A stretch of 64,000 bases of DNA from Emiliania huxleyi CCMP1516 (Eukaryota): positions 190,815 to 254,814 of the forward strand of contig NW_005201327.1 of NCBI RefSeq assembly GCF_000372725.1, written 5' to 3'. The notes under the pieces were generated by a model. The model worked only from the letters and a program-made list of their open reading frames with translations, did no database searches and was not told where the DNA came from. Shown piece by piece: positions 49,807 through 61,705 of the stretch (position 1 is the first letter of the stretch; every line of letters begins with the position of its first letter). The position numbers and the translations under genes were made by a program.

Positions 49807-50391
49807 ATGGACGACGCCGCCCTCATGGACCTCGCCCTCTCGGAGGCCGCGGCCGCCCTCGAGGCGGGCGAGGTACCTGTCGGCTGCGTCTTTGCGCACC
49901 CGGCGCGCGGTGTCATCGGCAGAGGCCGCAACAACACCGTGGCGTCGCGGAACGGCACGCGGCACGCCGAGCTCGAGGCGATCGACCGGATGCTCGACGT
50001 CGACGGCGTGCCGCCCGAGTCGGTCGCCGAGTGCACGCTGTACGTCACCGTCGAGCCGTGCCTGATGTGCGCGTCGGCGCTGCGGCAGCTGCGCGTGTCG
50101 CGCGTGGTGTTCGGCGCGGCGAACGACAAGTTTGGCGGCTGCGGCTCCGTGCTCTCCCTGCACGCCGACGGCGGAGCGAGCGCCGCTGGCGACCCGCCCT
50201 ACCCCGCCGTGGGCGGCGTGAGGAAGGCAGAGGCGGTGGCGCTGCTGCGGCTCTTTTACGCGCAGGAGAACCAGAATGCACCGCAGCCGCAGAAGCGCAC
50301 GCGCAAGCAGCTCGAGCTCGGCGCCGAGGCGGCGAGGGAAACGCAGCGCCTGCCCGGGAGCGAGCGAGGAGGGAGAGAACCAGACTCGTAG
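49807..50391 (+). CDS. ADAT2: tRNA-specific adenosine-34 deaminase catalytic subunit
   Basis: GEVPVGCVF, NGTRHAELEAID, LYVTVEPCLMCASAL, NDKFGGCGSV, FYAQENQNAP. Confidence 0.9.
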   Translation: MDDAALMDLALSEAAAALEAGEVPVGCVFAHPARGVIGRGRNNTVASRNGTRHAELEAIDRMLDVDGVPPESVAECTLYVTVEPCLMCASALRQLRVSRVVFGAANDKFGGCGSVLSLHADGGASAAGDPPYPAVGGVRKAEAVALLRLFYAQENQNAPQPQKRTRKQLELGAEAARETQRLPGSERGGREPDS

Positions 50392-50661
50392 TGTGCCTCT
50401 TGCTCGGGCCTCTTGCTGCTTTTGGCCTAGTAAAAAGTACCCAGCACCAGGGGTGTGAATGGGAGGTGCACACGCGCCTCACGCGCTCACGGTGTCCCTC
50501 ACGCGCACGCGGCACGGCTGCGCTCCACGCACTCGGACCGGACACGGTTCACGGAGCCGCCATGCAGTCGCCGTTCCTCGACCCGCGCGCTCCCCGGGCC
50601 CCCCTCCGCGCGTGCAGACGTCTAGGCACACGCAAATGGCCACGCCGCCTCGCGCGTCCTC

Positions 50662-52347
50662 TCACCGTCCTGGCGCCCACGCCTCGATCTTCTTGGGCAG
50701 CAGCTGGTTCGACAAGTCCTCTCCGTGGCCTAGGCAGCTGTCGTTGCCCTTGCCCCAGGCAAAGACGGCGTCGGCAGTAGTGGCGAGGCTGTGCCATGCT
50801 CCCGCCGACACAGCGACGACTCGCTGGCCAGCTACGGCCTCGATCTTCTTTGGCAGCAGCTGGCACTGCTCGTCGCCGTGGCCCAACCGGCCTTCGCCTC
50901 CACCGCCCCAGCTCCAGACGCCGCCGTCGGCGGTGATGACGAGGCTGTGCACGCCTCCAGCCGAGACAGCAACGGCGCGCTGGCCAGCAAAGGCCTCGAT
51001 CTTCTTGGGCAGCAGCTGGTCCTGCTGGTCGCCGTGGCCCAGCTGGCCACCGTCACCACGGCCCCAGCTCCAGACAGCTCCGTCGGCGGTGAGGGCGAGG
51101 CTGTGCACGCCTCCAGCCGACACAGCGACGACGCGCCGCCCAGCAAAGGCCTCGATCTTCTTTGGCAGCAGCTGGTGCTGCTGGTTGCCGTGGCCCAACC
51201 TGCCTTGGTGTCCCCAGCCCCAGCTCCAGACGGCTCCGTCGGCGGTGAGGGCGAGGTTGTGGTACAGCCCAGCCGACACAGCGACGACGCGCTGGCCAGC
51301 AAAAGCCTCGACCTTCTTGGGCAGCAGCTGGCGCTGCTCGTCGCCGTGGCCCAGCTGGCCACCGTCACCACGGCCCCAGCTCCAGACGGCTCCGTCGGCG
51401 GTGAGGGCGAGGTTGTGGTACAGCCCAGCCGACACAGCGACGACGCGCTGGCCAGCCAACGCCTCGATCTTCTTTGGCTGCCACTCGGTCTGCGCGTCGC
51501 CGTGGCCCAACCGACCAAAGCCTTCACAGCCCCAGCTCCAGAGGGCGCCGTCGGCGGCGAGGGCGAGGCTGTGGGTGTCTCCAGCCGACACGCTCACGGC
51601 GCGCTCGCCGCCCAGCGTCGAAGGGAGGAGGGTCGGCGTGTTGAGCTGCGTCACGCCCTCGCCGTGGCCGAGTAGTCCCGGCGTCCAGCTCTCAGCCTTG
51701 CCGCACGACGAGAGCCGCCCCTCGCCGTCCATGAAGAGGCTGTGAGACTGGCCTGCCGCCGCCCTCACCGGCGGGTTGGACTCGCGCAACAAGGCAGAGT
51801 AGCACAGCCACCGCACGGCGCAGCCCTCGCCCTCTGGCTGCGCCGGCAGCTCGAAGCCGCGCTCTTGCGCCCACAAGCGGATGGCCTCCACCGCAAGCGA
51901 GGCGTGAAAGAGCAGCGAGACGGCCGCGACGCGAGCGATGTCGACGGGGCTATCGCAGCGAGAGAGGACGCGCTCGAGGAGGTCCGTGGGGAGGTCGAGC
52001 AGGCGGGCGGGTGGCGGCGTGTCCGGCGAGGGGGCAGCGGTGGAGGCGGTGGCGAGGCGGCGGGGCAGACATGCGAGGAAAAGAAAAAGCGCGCGCCCCA
52101 GCGTAGAGGGCCTCGTTAGCCCTCTTTTTGGTATATTAAAAAGAAAAGGTCGTTTGGGCCAACGGTGTGGCGAGCCAAAATGGTGATGTCCGAGGCGCTG
52201 CGCTAGGCTCAGAGCGAGTTCGCGCTGCGCTAGGCTCAGACGGCGAGTTCGCGCTGGCCGCTGCGCTAGGCTCACAGACGGAGACGGCGAGCGGGAGTGC
52301 GCTGCGATAGCGAGGGAGGGCGAGACGATCGAGTGGTCCCGTACCAT
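50662..52347 (-). CDS. F-box-like + RCC1-repeat protein (start uncertain)
   Basis: LLDLPTDLLERVL followed by about seven RCC1 repeats. Confidence 0.8.
   Translation of the reverse strand: MVRDHSIVSPSLAIAAHSRSPSPSVSLAQRPARTRRLSLAQRELALSLAQRLGHHHFGSPHRWPKRPFLFNIPKRGLTRPSTLGRALFLFLACLPRRLATASTAAPSPDTPPPARLLDLPTDLLERVLSRCDSPVDIARVAAVSLLFHASLAVEAIRLWAQERGFELPAQPEGEGCAVRWLCYSALLRESNPPVRAAAGQSHSLFMDGEGRLSSCGKAESWTPGLLGHGEGVTQLNTPTLLPSTLGGERAVSVSAGDTHSLALAADGALWSWGCEGFGRLGHGDAQTEWQPKKIEALAGQRVVAVSAGLYHNLALTADGAVWSWGRGDGGQLGHGDEQRQLLPKKVEAFAGQRVVAVSAGLYHNLALTADGAVWSWGWGHQGRLGHGNQQHQLLPKKIEAFAGRRVVAVSAGGVHSLALTADGAVWSWGRGDGGQLGHGDQQDQLLPKKIEAFAGQRAVAVSAGGVHSLVITADGGVWSWGGGGEGRLGHGDEQCQLLPKKIEAVAGQRVVAVSAGAWHSLATTADAVFAWGKGNDSCLGHGEDLSNQLLPKKIEAWAPGR
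52093..52147 (+). mobile_element. Very short 3'-end copy of CRE-like family 2 (stem-loop + A-rich tail)
   Basis: CCAGCGTAGAGGGCCTCGTTAGCCCTCTTTTTGGTATATTAAAAAG matches 54650-54701. Confidence 0.75.
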
Positions 52348-52457
52348 GCGGAATCGACCCTATCCAGTGCTTTCAAGTGCTCAAGAAAGAAAAGGACCGA
52401 CTCAGACAGCTGAGACAGCGGACAGCGGTGCAGATGGACAGGTCTCTCAGGTGACAG

Positions 52458-53115
52458 CTGAGGGAGGGTGTAGATAGAGGATGTAGAGTGTAGAGCGCTG
52501 TAGAGCTGTAGAGATGTCTGTGGTATGCCTCACGGCTGCGACTGGCCGGCGCCTTGGCGCGTCAGCTCGGCTCGGCGCAGCGTAGCGATAGTGGCCAGCG
52601 CAACTCGCCTGGACTCAACGCTCAGCCAGGAGCTCCCGCACGCGCTGGCGCGAGTCATGGCGCATGCAACGCGTCTGAATGCTCGCTTCGCCTCGCGCAA
52701 ATGCGACCGTCCTCGCAGCCGACAGTCCACCGCCTGCTAAAGAAGCACTGCGACGAATGCGGCACCCGCGACGCATGGCAGGCTGGTCATGACGCAGTTA
52801 TAGGGTGTTGTGTGCCGTCAGAGTGACTCTCTGTGTGTCAGGGATAGTCAGGGCCGTCCATCAGAGCTCCAGTAAGCTCGGAGACACCCCATTAGTGCGA
52901 CTCGACCTCTTTGAGTCACTGCCTTCCCGGCGGTTTGGCTGTAGAGCCTCTACAACAAACTCTACAACAAAATCGCGCTCTACATCGCTCTACAACGCAC
53001 CCGCCTCGTCACGCGGCGGATGTAGAGCTCTACAGCTCTACAGCGCTCCAGAGCGCTCTACATCTCTACAGCTCTACAGCGCTCTACACTCTACATCCTC
53101 TACACCCTCCCTCAG
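52458..53115. mobile_element. 658-bp non-autonomous DNA transposon with ~56-bp TIRs and 8-bp TSD
   Basis: CTGAGGGAGGGTGTAGA...TCTACACCCTCCCTCAG flanked by GGTGACAG (52450-52457, 53116-53123). CTCTACA subterminal repeats. Confidence 0.85.
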
Positions 53116-53339
53116 GGTGACAGGTGTGTGCACGGACACACTCAGACGGACGCAGCAGTGGACCGGGCCGCGTGCTGCCGTGTGCACCGAGTTCCGAAGG
53201 ACCGCGTGGTCCGCGCCGCCACGCCGGCCGCGGCCGCGAGAGTCGCGAACGCCGGTGCACGCGCCAGAGCCCAGAGGAGCGGCGGCGCCCCCGCGTGCGC
53301 GGCCTGCGTGCGGCGCGGTGTACGTCTCTCTTCGCGCAG

Positions 53340-53650
53340 GGGCTCCCTTATCTTTGACAAGTGCGCCATCGTTCCAATGATGGCCGCCATGCTCGTCTCG
53401 ATGGTCGAGTCGGTTGGAGACTACTACGCCGCCGCGCAGCTCGCGGGCGCCCCGCCGCCGTCGGGTCCCGTCATCTCGCGCGGCCTCGCCGGCGAGGGGT
53501 GGGGTCTCATTCTCTGCGGCCTCATCGGCACCGGCAACGGCACCACCTCGTACGGCGAGAACATCGGCGCGCTCGGCGTCACCAAGGTTGGCTCGCGCGC
53601 CGTTGTGCAAGCGGGCGCGTGCACGATGATCATCATGGGCTGCTTCCCCA
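53340..53650 (+). pseudogene. Intronless internal fragment of a nucleobase-ascorbate transporter paralogue
   Basis: IFDKCAIVPMMAAMLVSMVESVGDYYA...SYGENIGALGVTKVGSR...CFP, closely similar to 59900-60290 (rc) but lacking intron 60053-60128. Confidence 0.85.
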
Positions 53651-54701
53651 CCGCGACGATTCACCATTCGGCCTGGAGGGAGATGCATGCGGCGGCGGGC
53701 CGCGCAGGGAGGAGGGAGCAGGTGCGGTTTGTCTCGGCGAGCCAGTTCGGCGCGGGCGCGTTTTTGAACGCGATCCCGACCCGCGCGCACTTCCGTCTGC
53801 CCTCGTACGTGCTGCGCTTCGCGCTGCAGCGCCGCTTCGGATTACACCTGTCGATGATGACGGACGTCATGGCGGACGGCATCTACAGCCAGCACGGTCT
53901 GCCCTTTGACGCCCTTGGCGACGTGGCGCAGAACGACGGCGCGGCGGGCCACCAGACGCGGCACAAGGAGGTCCTCCTGGACCTTGTCGAGCTGCTGCGG
54001 GGCAAGCTGGGGCGCGGCGCGGTGGAGCACGAGTTTCACTGCGAGCACAGCACTACGAGGACGGACTTGTACATTTACCAGGGCGTGATTGGGGACCTGC
54101 CCTGCATCGGCGACACGAAGATCTTTGCCGGTGTGCCGTCGGACCCCTCGGGGGTGGGGCGCATGGGGGCGTTTGTCGCTTGCGGCAACACGCTGCCACG
54201 CGCCCGCGAGACGGTTCTGGGCGTGGAGGGCGGGGACAGGGGTGGGAGGGTGGGGATGTGGGACCCGCGGACGGGGACCGGGACGGTCGAGGCTGTCAAG
54301 GGCCAGTACACGGACGCAGAGGGGAAGTGCCGCGTGGAGGCGCTGCTCTTCGAGGAGTTCGGCGCAATGAGCGCGGGGGTGGAGGAGCTGCTGATGCGGG
54401 TGGCTAAGGTGGCGGGCCGGAAGCTCACGTGGTGGCAGTACGACCAGACGTCGTGGTCGGCGCGCGAATGGATGCCGTTTGCGCTGCAGCGACTGTCGGT
54501 GCAGCTCTGGACGGCGCTCGCGGACGAGGCACAGCGCGCCATTGGTGCGGCGTCGCGCGACCGCGAGGGACCGCGGGGGGGGGGGGGGGCTAGCGGGATG
54601 GGGGGTTCTAAGGGGAAGGGAGCGGGGGGCGCCCAGTAGGGCGCCGGCGCCCCAGCGTAGAGGGCCTCGTGTAGCCCTCCTTTTGGTATATTTAAAAGAA
54701 A
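53651..54701 (+). mobile_element. 5'-truncated CRE-like non-LTR retrotransposon (RLE domain + 3' stem-loop), family 2
   Basis: GAFLNAIP...RRFGL...TRHKEV...RTDL...DTK...ALLFEEFG...QRLSVQL, stop 54639, then hairpin and A-rich tail. Confidence 0.75.
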
Positions 54702-55314
54702 TGGTGGACGGAAAGTCGAGGTCGGGCCTCGAGAGCTGCCTTCCTGCTCTCTTGCGCCGCCAATGATCGCTCTTCAGCCCTCGCCGTCGCGTGCGCGTGT
54801 CGTCTCGTGCTCCGTCGCTTTGGCGCTCTCGCTGACCGCCGTCGTGCTGGTCCTCGCGCGGAGCTCCGCCATCGCCGCAGGCGCCATCGCCGTCTCTGCC
54901 GACGTCCCCGCCTCCACCATGTCCGCCTCTGCCCTCACCGGCGGCATGGTGAAAGGCACCGTCGAGGCCGACCGTGCCGGCTTGCCCACGGGCCGTGGCA
55001 TGAAAACAAACGCCTCCGAGTCCAGCGGCCGTGGCACCACCACGCGCGATCCTGGCTGCGGCCTCCAACCCCTGCCAGAGCTCCTTGGATGTGCCACGCT
55101 GGCTCCTTGGATGTGCCGTTGCGCGAGCTTTTGCTGCCTTTCCGACTGCATCGACTACCCCGCCGCTTGCGGCGGCTGCAGTTTCTGCTGAGACGGAATG
55201 ACCAATGCGACTATCCTGGATGATTGGCAGGCCAATCTGGTCGTGGCGCTCGATGCCGGCGCTCCTCCGAGATCTCGCCTTCGTCGCCGTGACATCCGCA
55301 TGCTGCGGACACCG

Positions 55315-55500
55315 CCGCCCGTACTCTCTTCTCTCTCCTACCCTTTGGCCAGGCGGGGGCGTGCATTCGCTCTCCACTACACCACTGGTTGGCCGTGGCG
55401 GTGGCCGCCCGTACTCTCTTCTCTCTCCTACCCTTTGGCCAGGGGGGGGCGTGCATTCGCTCTCCACTAGTTGGCCGTGGCGGTGGCCGCGCGTACTCTC
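55315..55500. repeat. ~90-bp tandem duplication
   Basis: CCGCCCGTACTCTCTTCTCTCTCCTACCCTTTGGCCAGG...GTTGGCCGTGGCGGTGGCCG occurs twice. Confidence 0.8.
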
Positions 55501-56916
55501 GCGTTCTCGGCTCCCACGCTCTGCCATGTGCGCTTCGTAGAGTCTCGGCCTGTCTGGTCTGGTCTCTCTCCGGGCACTGGGCTCTGCGTCTGGTCTGCGG
55601 GGTGGCAAGGCATGGCTAGATATCATGTGGCGGGCCGCCTACGGTAGGCCCCTGTGATCGGAGGTAGAAAAAAAACGGTTCATGTTCATGTTACAAAAAC
55701 AAACACGATCGAGTAACCGCTTATCTCCTCCACTCCGCGCGGCAGGCTTCACCCGCTACCGCGCCTACCCTCGGGCTCGGCTCGAACACAACCCATTTTG
55801 GGGCGCACCTGGGGCATCAACCATGTCTATATGCACAGGCGATTTGCTGCATGTGCAATACGGCCATGATAGAGCGAGGGGTGAGTGCGAGCGCGCGGGA
55901 CTAGGCGGAGTACTTGCGATGGCGGTGGCGGGTGACGGTCCCAGCAAGGGGTGACAGGCGAAAGGCGGCACGATAAATCGGGGACCAGGGTCAGGGTAGG
56001 GAGTTATCAGCTCGGCTCTATCTTATATGCCCACTCAACTGGAACGCGATTGTAGTAGGGTCTCTCCGATTCTGGTGCCAATAAATAAATAAAACGGACT
56101 CACCAAACAAGGGGTGGGAGAAGGACAGGGTCCCCACCTGCGCGAGCAGGATCTTGTAAGGACGATTCTGGTGCCAACTTCATAATAAAAGATAGGGCAT
56201 CTAAGCGGGTGCAGCACCCGCGCCGGTCGCCGCACCCGCACCAGCAGGCGCCGCGCTGGCCGTCCCCGCGCGGGTGGCTCCGATGGCCGCCGCGCCGGCC
56301 GCCCCGCGGGCCTCCACACCGGCGAGGTCCTCCATCGGCATCGCCGTGCCGGCGGGTGCCCCTCCAGTCAGTGGGTGCCACCGCTCCGGTGGTCGCCTCG
56401 CCGGTGGTCGCCTCGAGCGGGTTGGCCGGCTGCGCCGGCCAATCTCTCTCTCAATCTCGGTCGAAGCGGCCCCAGCAGCGCCGCCTGCGCCGCCGTCTGC
56501 TCCTCCGCCGTCCTCCGCCTCTTCTCCTTCGGCGCATCGGCCCACCCCTGGTGCTGCTCGGCGCGCCGCTCGCCCTTCTCGAGCCTCTCCCTCTTCGTGG
56601 GCGGACGGGCGTACGCGAACAGCTCGTCGGCGTCGCCCGCCGCCGCCCGCCTTTCCGCGGGCACGGTGCGCACCGCCTCCGCCGTCCACGCCTTCCGCAA
56701 CGCCGCGCCCCGGCCTTCGCCGAGCCGCTGGAATGGTCCGCCGCCGTCGGTGTTCGCCGCCGCCGCGGCCCAGGCCGCCGCGGTCAGCGCCGCGCCCTGA
56801 CCGACAAACGCGCACAGCGGATCCGGCATCTGGCCCACCGCCTGCCTCGCCCCGCGGTGGCCAGACCCTCTCTTCCACCCTTTGTTTGTGCAATCGCGCT
56901 TGTTACGCCGGATCGC

Positions 56917-57480
56917 ACACCGATTCATTATCTTTTGTCCGTCCCGCCGCCCGCCGCGCGGCCAGACTCCACATCACCTCAATGTAAACGAACATTGATT
57001 GGAAGGCGAAACACAGTCCGACCAACGACTGGGACACCTCCAACGCGGTATGGGTGGACGCAGGACGGGCGATGACGGTCACACAGGAGCGACACACAGA
57101 ACCACAAGACAAGACACTCAGCCAACGGGGCGGCTGCCACACATCCTGAGCGAACTTCCCTAGTCACCCGCGGCCGGACTCCATCCGGCACGCGTCGCTG
57201 GGCGCTCAGAGCTGCGTCCCCTGCTCGCCACCCCAACGCCCAAGGCGCCCGAGTGAACGACAGGCGGCACGCGAAGACTGGTTGCAATCCGGCCGACCGC
57301 CAGGCCGCGGGATGATGCGTGCGTGGTCTTGTAGTGGCTCTCGGAAGCTCTCCTCTCGGGCTAGGAGCCAGCCCCTCTCCCTTGCCCCCGGAACACTGTG
57401 TCCGAGTCGAGGCGTGTGCTTGCCGGTCGACGGCCGCGCGCGGTTGGCATTGTGACGAAGGTTGCGCGCGGCCGCGGCGG
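56917..57480 (-). mobile_element. (TCAA)-family retroelement copy
   Basis: Near-identical to 44290-44770 and 45275-45608. Confidence 0.75.
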
Positions 57481-57499
57481 ACTGTGACTGGGCGGTGTA

Positions 57500-58082
57500 C
57501 GTGGCTGGGTTCACAGCGATTGTAGGAAAAATGGGGGGACCAACTCACGGTCGCGGCCTTCCGACTCGCGCCTCCGCCTCACTGGCACTATTGCAGCCCT
57601 GGCCGGTGCGCGTGCAGAGTTGAAGTTCCCGAGTAAAAATTCGAACGCGTTCTCTCCCGGTGACCAAAAAATGTCCACCTCAGAGGCACCTCCGGAGGCA
57701 GGCCGCCGCACGCCGGCGACACAGCTCCAGCTATCGAACTGACCCTCAGCTCCTCTCAGAGCGGGAACTGTGACGAAAGTTGACTGAGTCGGTTGTCAGG
57801 AATAATCATACGGATCACATGGTGGCTCTTTCATGACGGGAGACGCCCGACCACTCCTGGGTGGCACTGCCACCGGTGTCGCTCGACGTCCTGTCGACAG
57901 CGTGCCGACAGCGACACAGACCATGTGGGACGCGTCGAGTATCGACCTCTACTGCTTACCCAGCCTTCGAGTGTATCCTGGCTGTGGTCCCACACCCACT
58001 GGTGTCCATCTCAGAGACCGCAGGAGGTCATGAGGGTCGATGGGAGTGCCAACCCCACAATGCCTATAAAAACCCAGCCCAG
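57500..58082 (-). mobile_element. TA-flanked MITE copy 2
   Basis: Reverse complement of 9530-10109. TA at 57498-57499 and 58083-58084. Confidence 0.8.
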
Positions 58083-58686
58083 TAACACCGGCATGTGTCT
58101 TTTGTTGTGTGACGAGAGGGGACTTTAGCAACCCATCAAACAAATCAAACACAGTTGACAATTTTGCTTTTTGGCACTCGCGCGCTTGCTTTTTTATATA
58201 CACTCTCCAAGGCGCTGCAATTTTGGGGGCCTCTAACCCTGTTCACGCGCGCAAGAGGGAAGAGCGCCGAGGTACGGAAATGGAAGCCAGGTGAGTCCGT
58301 GAGAGCAAATGGCGTCACGCTCACGCCTCACCGTGGTGGTTCACGCCTCGGAGTGACGCACAACAGATCTAGAGATAGAGACGAGAAAATGCATCCTCTG
58401 ACCTCTCACATTACGCACAAACCGGTCGCGCGTTCTCGACACAGCACACACACGTATCATGTGCCATTGTACACAAGTGTGCAAGCCCCCCCCACCCACC
58501 CACCCACCCACGAAAAACGTACCAGTACACGCTCCCTCTTGCTGGACCGGGCACACACAGTCCGAGGCGCGAGGGCAAGCGTCGTCTACATCTTGAGGCA
58601 CACTCGAAGGCGCGTCGCGTAACTGCGTGCGCACCCCGTAGGAGACGCGGTAGCAGCTCTCCTAGATGCCTTTCGGCGGCGCGGGC

Positions 58687-59002
58687 TCACGCCTCTTGCT
58701 TTGTGATCGCGGGACGAAAGGCGGGAATGAAGGGGCAGCACATCTCGCAAAGGTCTCCGGAGCTCGACATCGGCCCCTCCGGAGGCACCTCTGGCCACGT
58801 CAGCTTGTGCGGCTTCTCGGTGACGGACTCGACGGCGTCGAGGTAGGAGCAGTTGCGGAAGATGGCGGCGAGGTTGAACGACCCCCACTTGGGGAGGCCT
58901 GAGGCGGGATACACAGGGCTCGCACGGGTAGGAGTGAGACTCTCCCCGCATCCACATCTCGCCTCTACGTCTCGAGACACATCTCGGCACATACATCTCG
59001 GC

Positions 59003-59035
<33 letters not shown>

Positions 59036-61327
59036 ACGTCTTCGGTCCCCGCGGTAGGCCCCGCGATCTCGGCACATCTCGGCTGTATCTCGGGCGGCTG
59101 CCCCCACCGTACACCGAAGTGAACTCAGGGTCCGTGTGGCCGCCCTTGCGAGTCGAGTCCCACGCCGTCATGCCTGTGGAGCGGGAGGGGCTGGGGTGGA
59201 GGGGCGGGGGGCGGGTGGTGGGCAACCTTAAGTGAGGCGCCTCCCATCTCTCCTGGTGTACGGGTGTGGCGGCTGTCCCGAAGTCTCAAGAGTGGGGGGG
59301 GATGGGTGGCGGGGGGGAGGTGGGGGGCTAAGAGTGGTAGACTCCCGCGCCTCGCTCCGCGCGCGTGCCCGGGATGAGGTTGTCCAGGAGGACACCCGCG
59401 AGCAGCGAGACGATCATCGTGTTGCTAAAGAAGACCTGGGACACCGAGAGATGTGGCCGAGATGTCGCCGAGTTCTGGCCGAGATGGAGAGCCGAGATGG
59501 AGAGCCGAGATGGAGCCGAGATCAGCCGTGATCAAGCCGATGTGGCCGAGATGTCGCCGCCGAGCTGCCGGGCGGCCGCAGTTGCCGCCTTTGTGTTTTG
59601 GGCGTCCGAGCACGGCTCGCCCCACGGGCCGGTGTTGGCAAAGTAGCCGGCGGGCCCGCCCAGCGCGAGGCCTACAAATAACGAAACTCTGTGCTAGGAG
59701 ACGGGTACGAAGGGGGCTCGGGTCCCCGCCCAGCGAAAGGCCGTTGTAGATGCAGAAGCCGAGGATGAACAGGTTGCGCGACGAGTTGAGGTCGACGTGC
59801 TGGAGCTGCGCGAGGCCGCAGGAGCAGATGAGGCCGAACAGGCACATGTAGAGACCGCCCACGAGCCAGCCAGGCATCGCGGCGAACACGGCGCCAAACT
59901 TGGGGAAGCAGCCCATGAAGATCATCGTGCACGCGCCCGCTTGCACAACGGCGCGCGAGCCAACCTTGGTGACGCCGAGCGCGCCGATGTTCTCGCCGTA
60001 CGAGGTGGTGCCGTTGCCGGTGCCGATGAGGCCGCAGAGAATGAGGCCCCACCTACGCGTGCCACAGCCGCAGCTCTGCGGACAAGCTTCAGAAGACCGG
60101 CCACAGAGGGCACTGCTAGCACACGCGCCCTTCTCCTGCGAGGCCGCGCGAGATGACGGGACCCGACGGCGGCGGGGCGCCCGCGAGCTGCGCGGCGGCG
60201 TAGTAGTCTCCGATCGACTCGACCATCGAGACGAGCATGGCGGCGATCATGGGCAGGATGGCGCACTTGTCGAAGATGGGCGCGCCCCACTGACCCGGGT
60301 ACGGCCACCTGAACCACTTCGAGTCCTCGATGACCTGGCTCGACGTCTTGCAGATCGCGTAGCGCCCGCCGAGGTAATCGTCGTCCATGCCGCCGGCCGC
60401 CTGCGCGATGGCACCGATACCCCACGCCACCATCACGGTCCACAGCACCGGGAAGAGCGCAAAGATCTTGATGCTCGCTCCCCCGATCTTGAGGTTGACG
60501 AAGCCGAGGAGCTGCGAGAAGACTACCATGCAGATAATGACCGCCGCGGCATATCCTTCGCAGCCGGGCACGGGCAACGGACGTTGGAAGTTCCCGTTAA
60601 TGTTTGGGGCAGTATACAGCCCGAGCCCAACCATGCACACGGTCGGGGCGATCGTGAGCGGCGAGATGAAGCGCGTGAGCAGGCCGAGCACGCCCGAGTA
60701 GCCAAGAGCAACCTGGATGAAGCCGCACGTCAGGATGGCGCCTTGGATGCGGCGCATCGTCTGCTCGAACTGCTCCTCCGCGCCGATCTCTCCGGAGGCG
60801 ACCATCGCCCTGACCTGGCCGATGACGGCAAAGGTGGGGCTCAAGAAGGCAAACGAGCCGCCCTGCACGATGGGCAGCCGGTCCCCGATGGTGGTCTGAA
60901 GGAGTGTGTTGCAGCCGGAAACGAAGAAGATGGTGCAGATAACCTCGGCCATCTGCGTCGGCGTGCCGCCCATCTCCGGCACGATGAGGAGGGGGATGAG
61001 GGCCGTGGCGCCGAGCATGGTGAGGTAGTGCTGCGGCGGAGGCGGGGAATGGTGAGGCGGTACCAGAGGAAGGCGGCTTGCGCGGAGCGGCGGGATACCT
61101 GGAATCCGAGGATGACGCCGAGGTAGGCGGGAGGCACGTCACTGACGGTGTACAGCATGCCGCCATTCTTTGCCTGTGAGGAGGAGCAGGAGTCGCCGCG
61201 GCTCGGATCGGCGTCAAGCGGCGGCGGCGGCGGCGGTGAGTATTGAGCATACGGCGGCCGCACTACGCGAGTGGTGCAGCGTGTGTGTGCGCACCTTCTG
61301 TTTGAATGACTTGTCCATGACTTCCAT
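58687..61327 (-). CDS. Nucleobase-ascorbate transporter (NAT/NCS2, SLC23-like), multi-exon
   Basis: GFQ|HYLTMLG, LLQTTIGDRLPIVQGGSFAF, ESIGDYYA, SYGENIGALGVTKVGSR signature, VDLNSSRNLFILG, LDNLIPG. Confidence 0.92.
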
Positions 61328-61705
61328 GTCAATAGCAAAGCTCGGCCCTACGAACTCAGGCGTCAAATAGCAAAGCTCGGCCCTACGAACTCAGGCGGGC
61401 TTGCAGCTGTGAATGATAGCAAAGCTCGTCCCGGCTAGGGACTTGGAGATCCAGCCGGCTCGAGGGCGACTGTTGCCGATGCGAAAGCGAGAGCCCCAGC
61501 GGCAGCCTGAAACAAAGGCCGAGCCTCCCCAGCCGGGAGAGGCGAACTTGTAGCCGCCACGCCTCGGTTCGCCGTCGAGGCGAGCGAGGGTGGAGGCGGC
61601 TGACTCTACAGTCGAGATTTGCACACCCCGTTGTATACATGTTCGCGCTGCATTTTGTGCGCGGACTTGTATCCGGCGGGCGCTTTGCACACCCCGGTTG
61701 TATAC

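Noticed and set aside
50459..51745. 428-aa repetitive + strand ORF
   Set aside because: Antisense shadow of the RCC1-repeat gene.
54763..56900. Several short ORFs (Cys-rich 54763-55191; 56368-56928)
   Set aside because: No recognisable motifs, and they lie in repeat-rich DNA.
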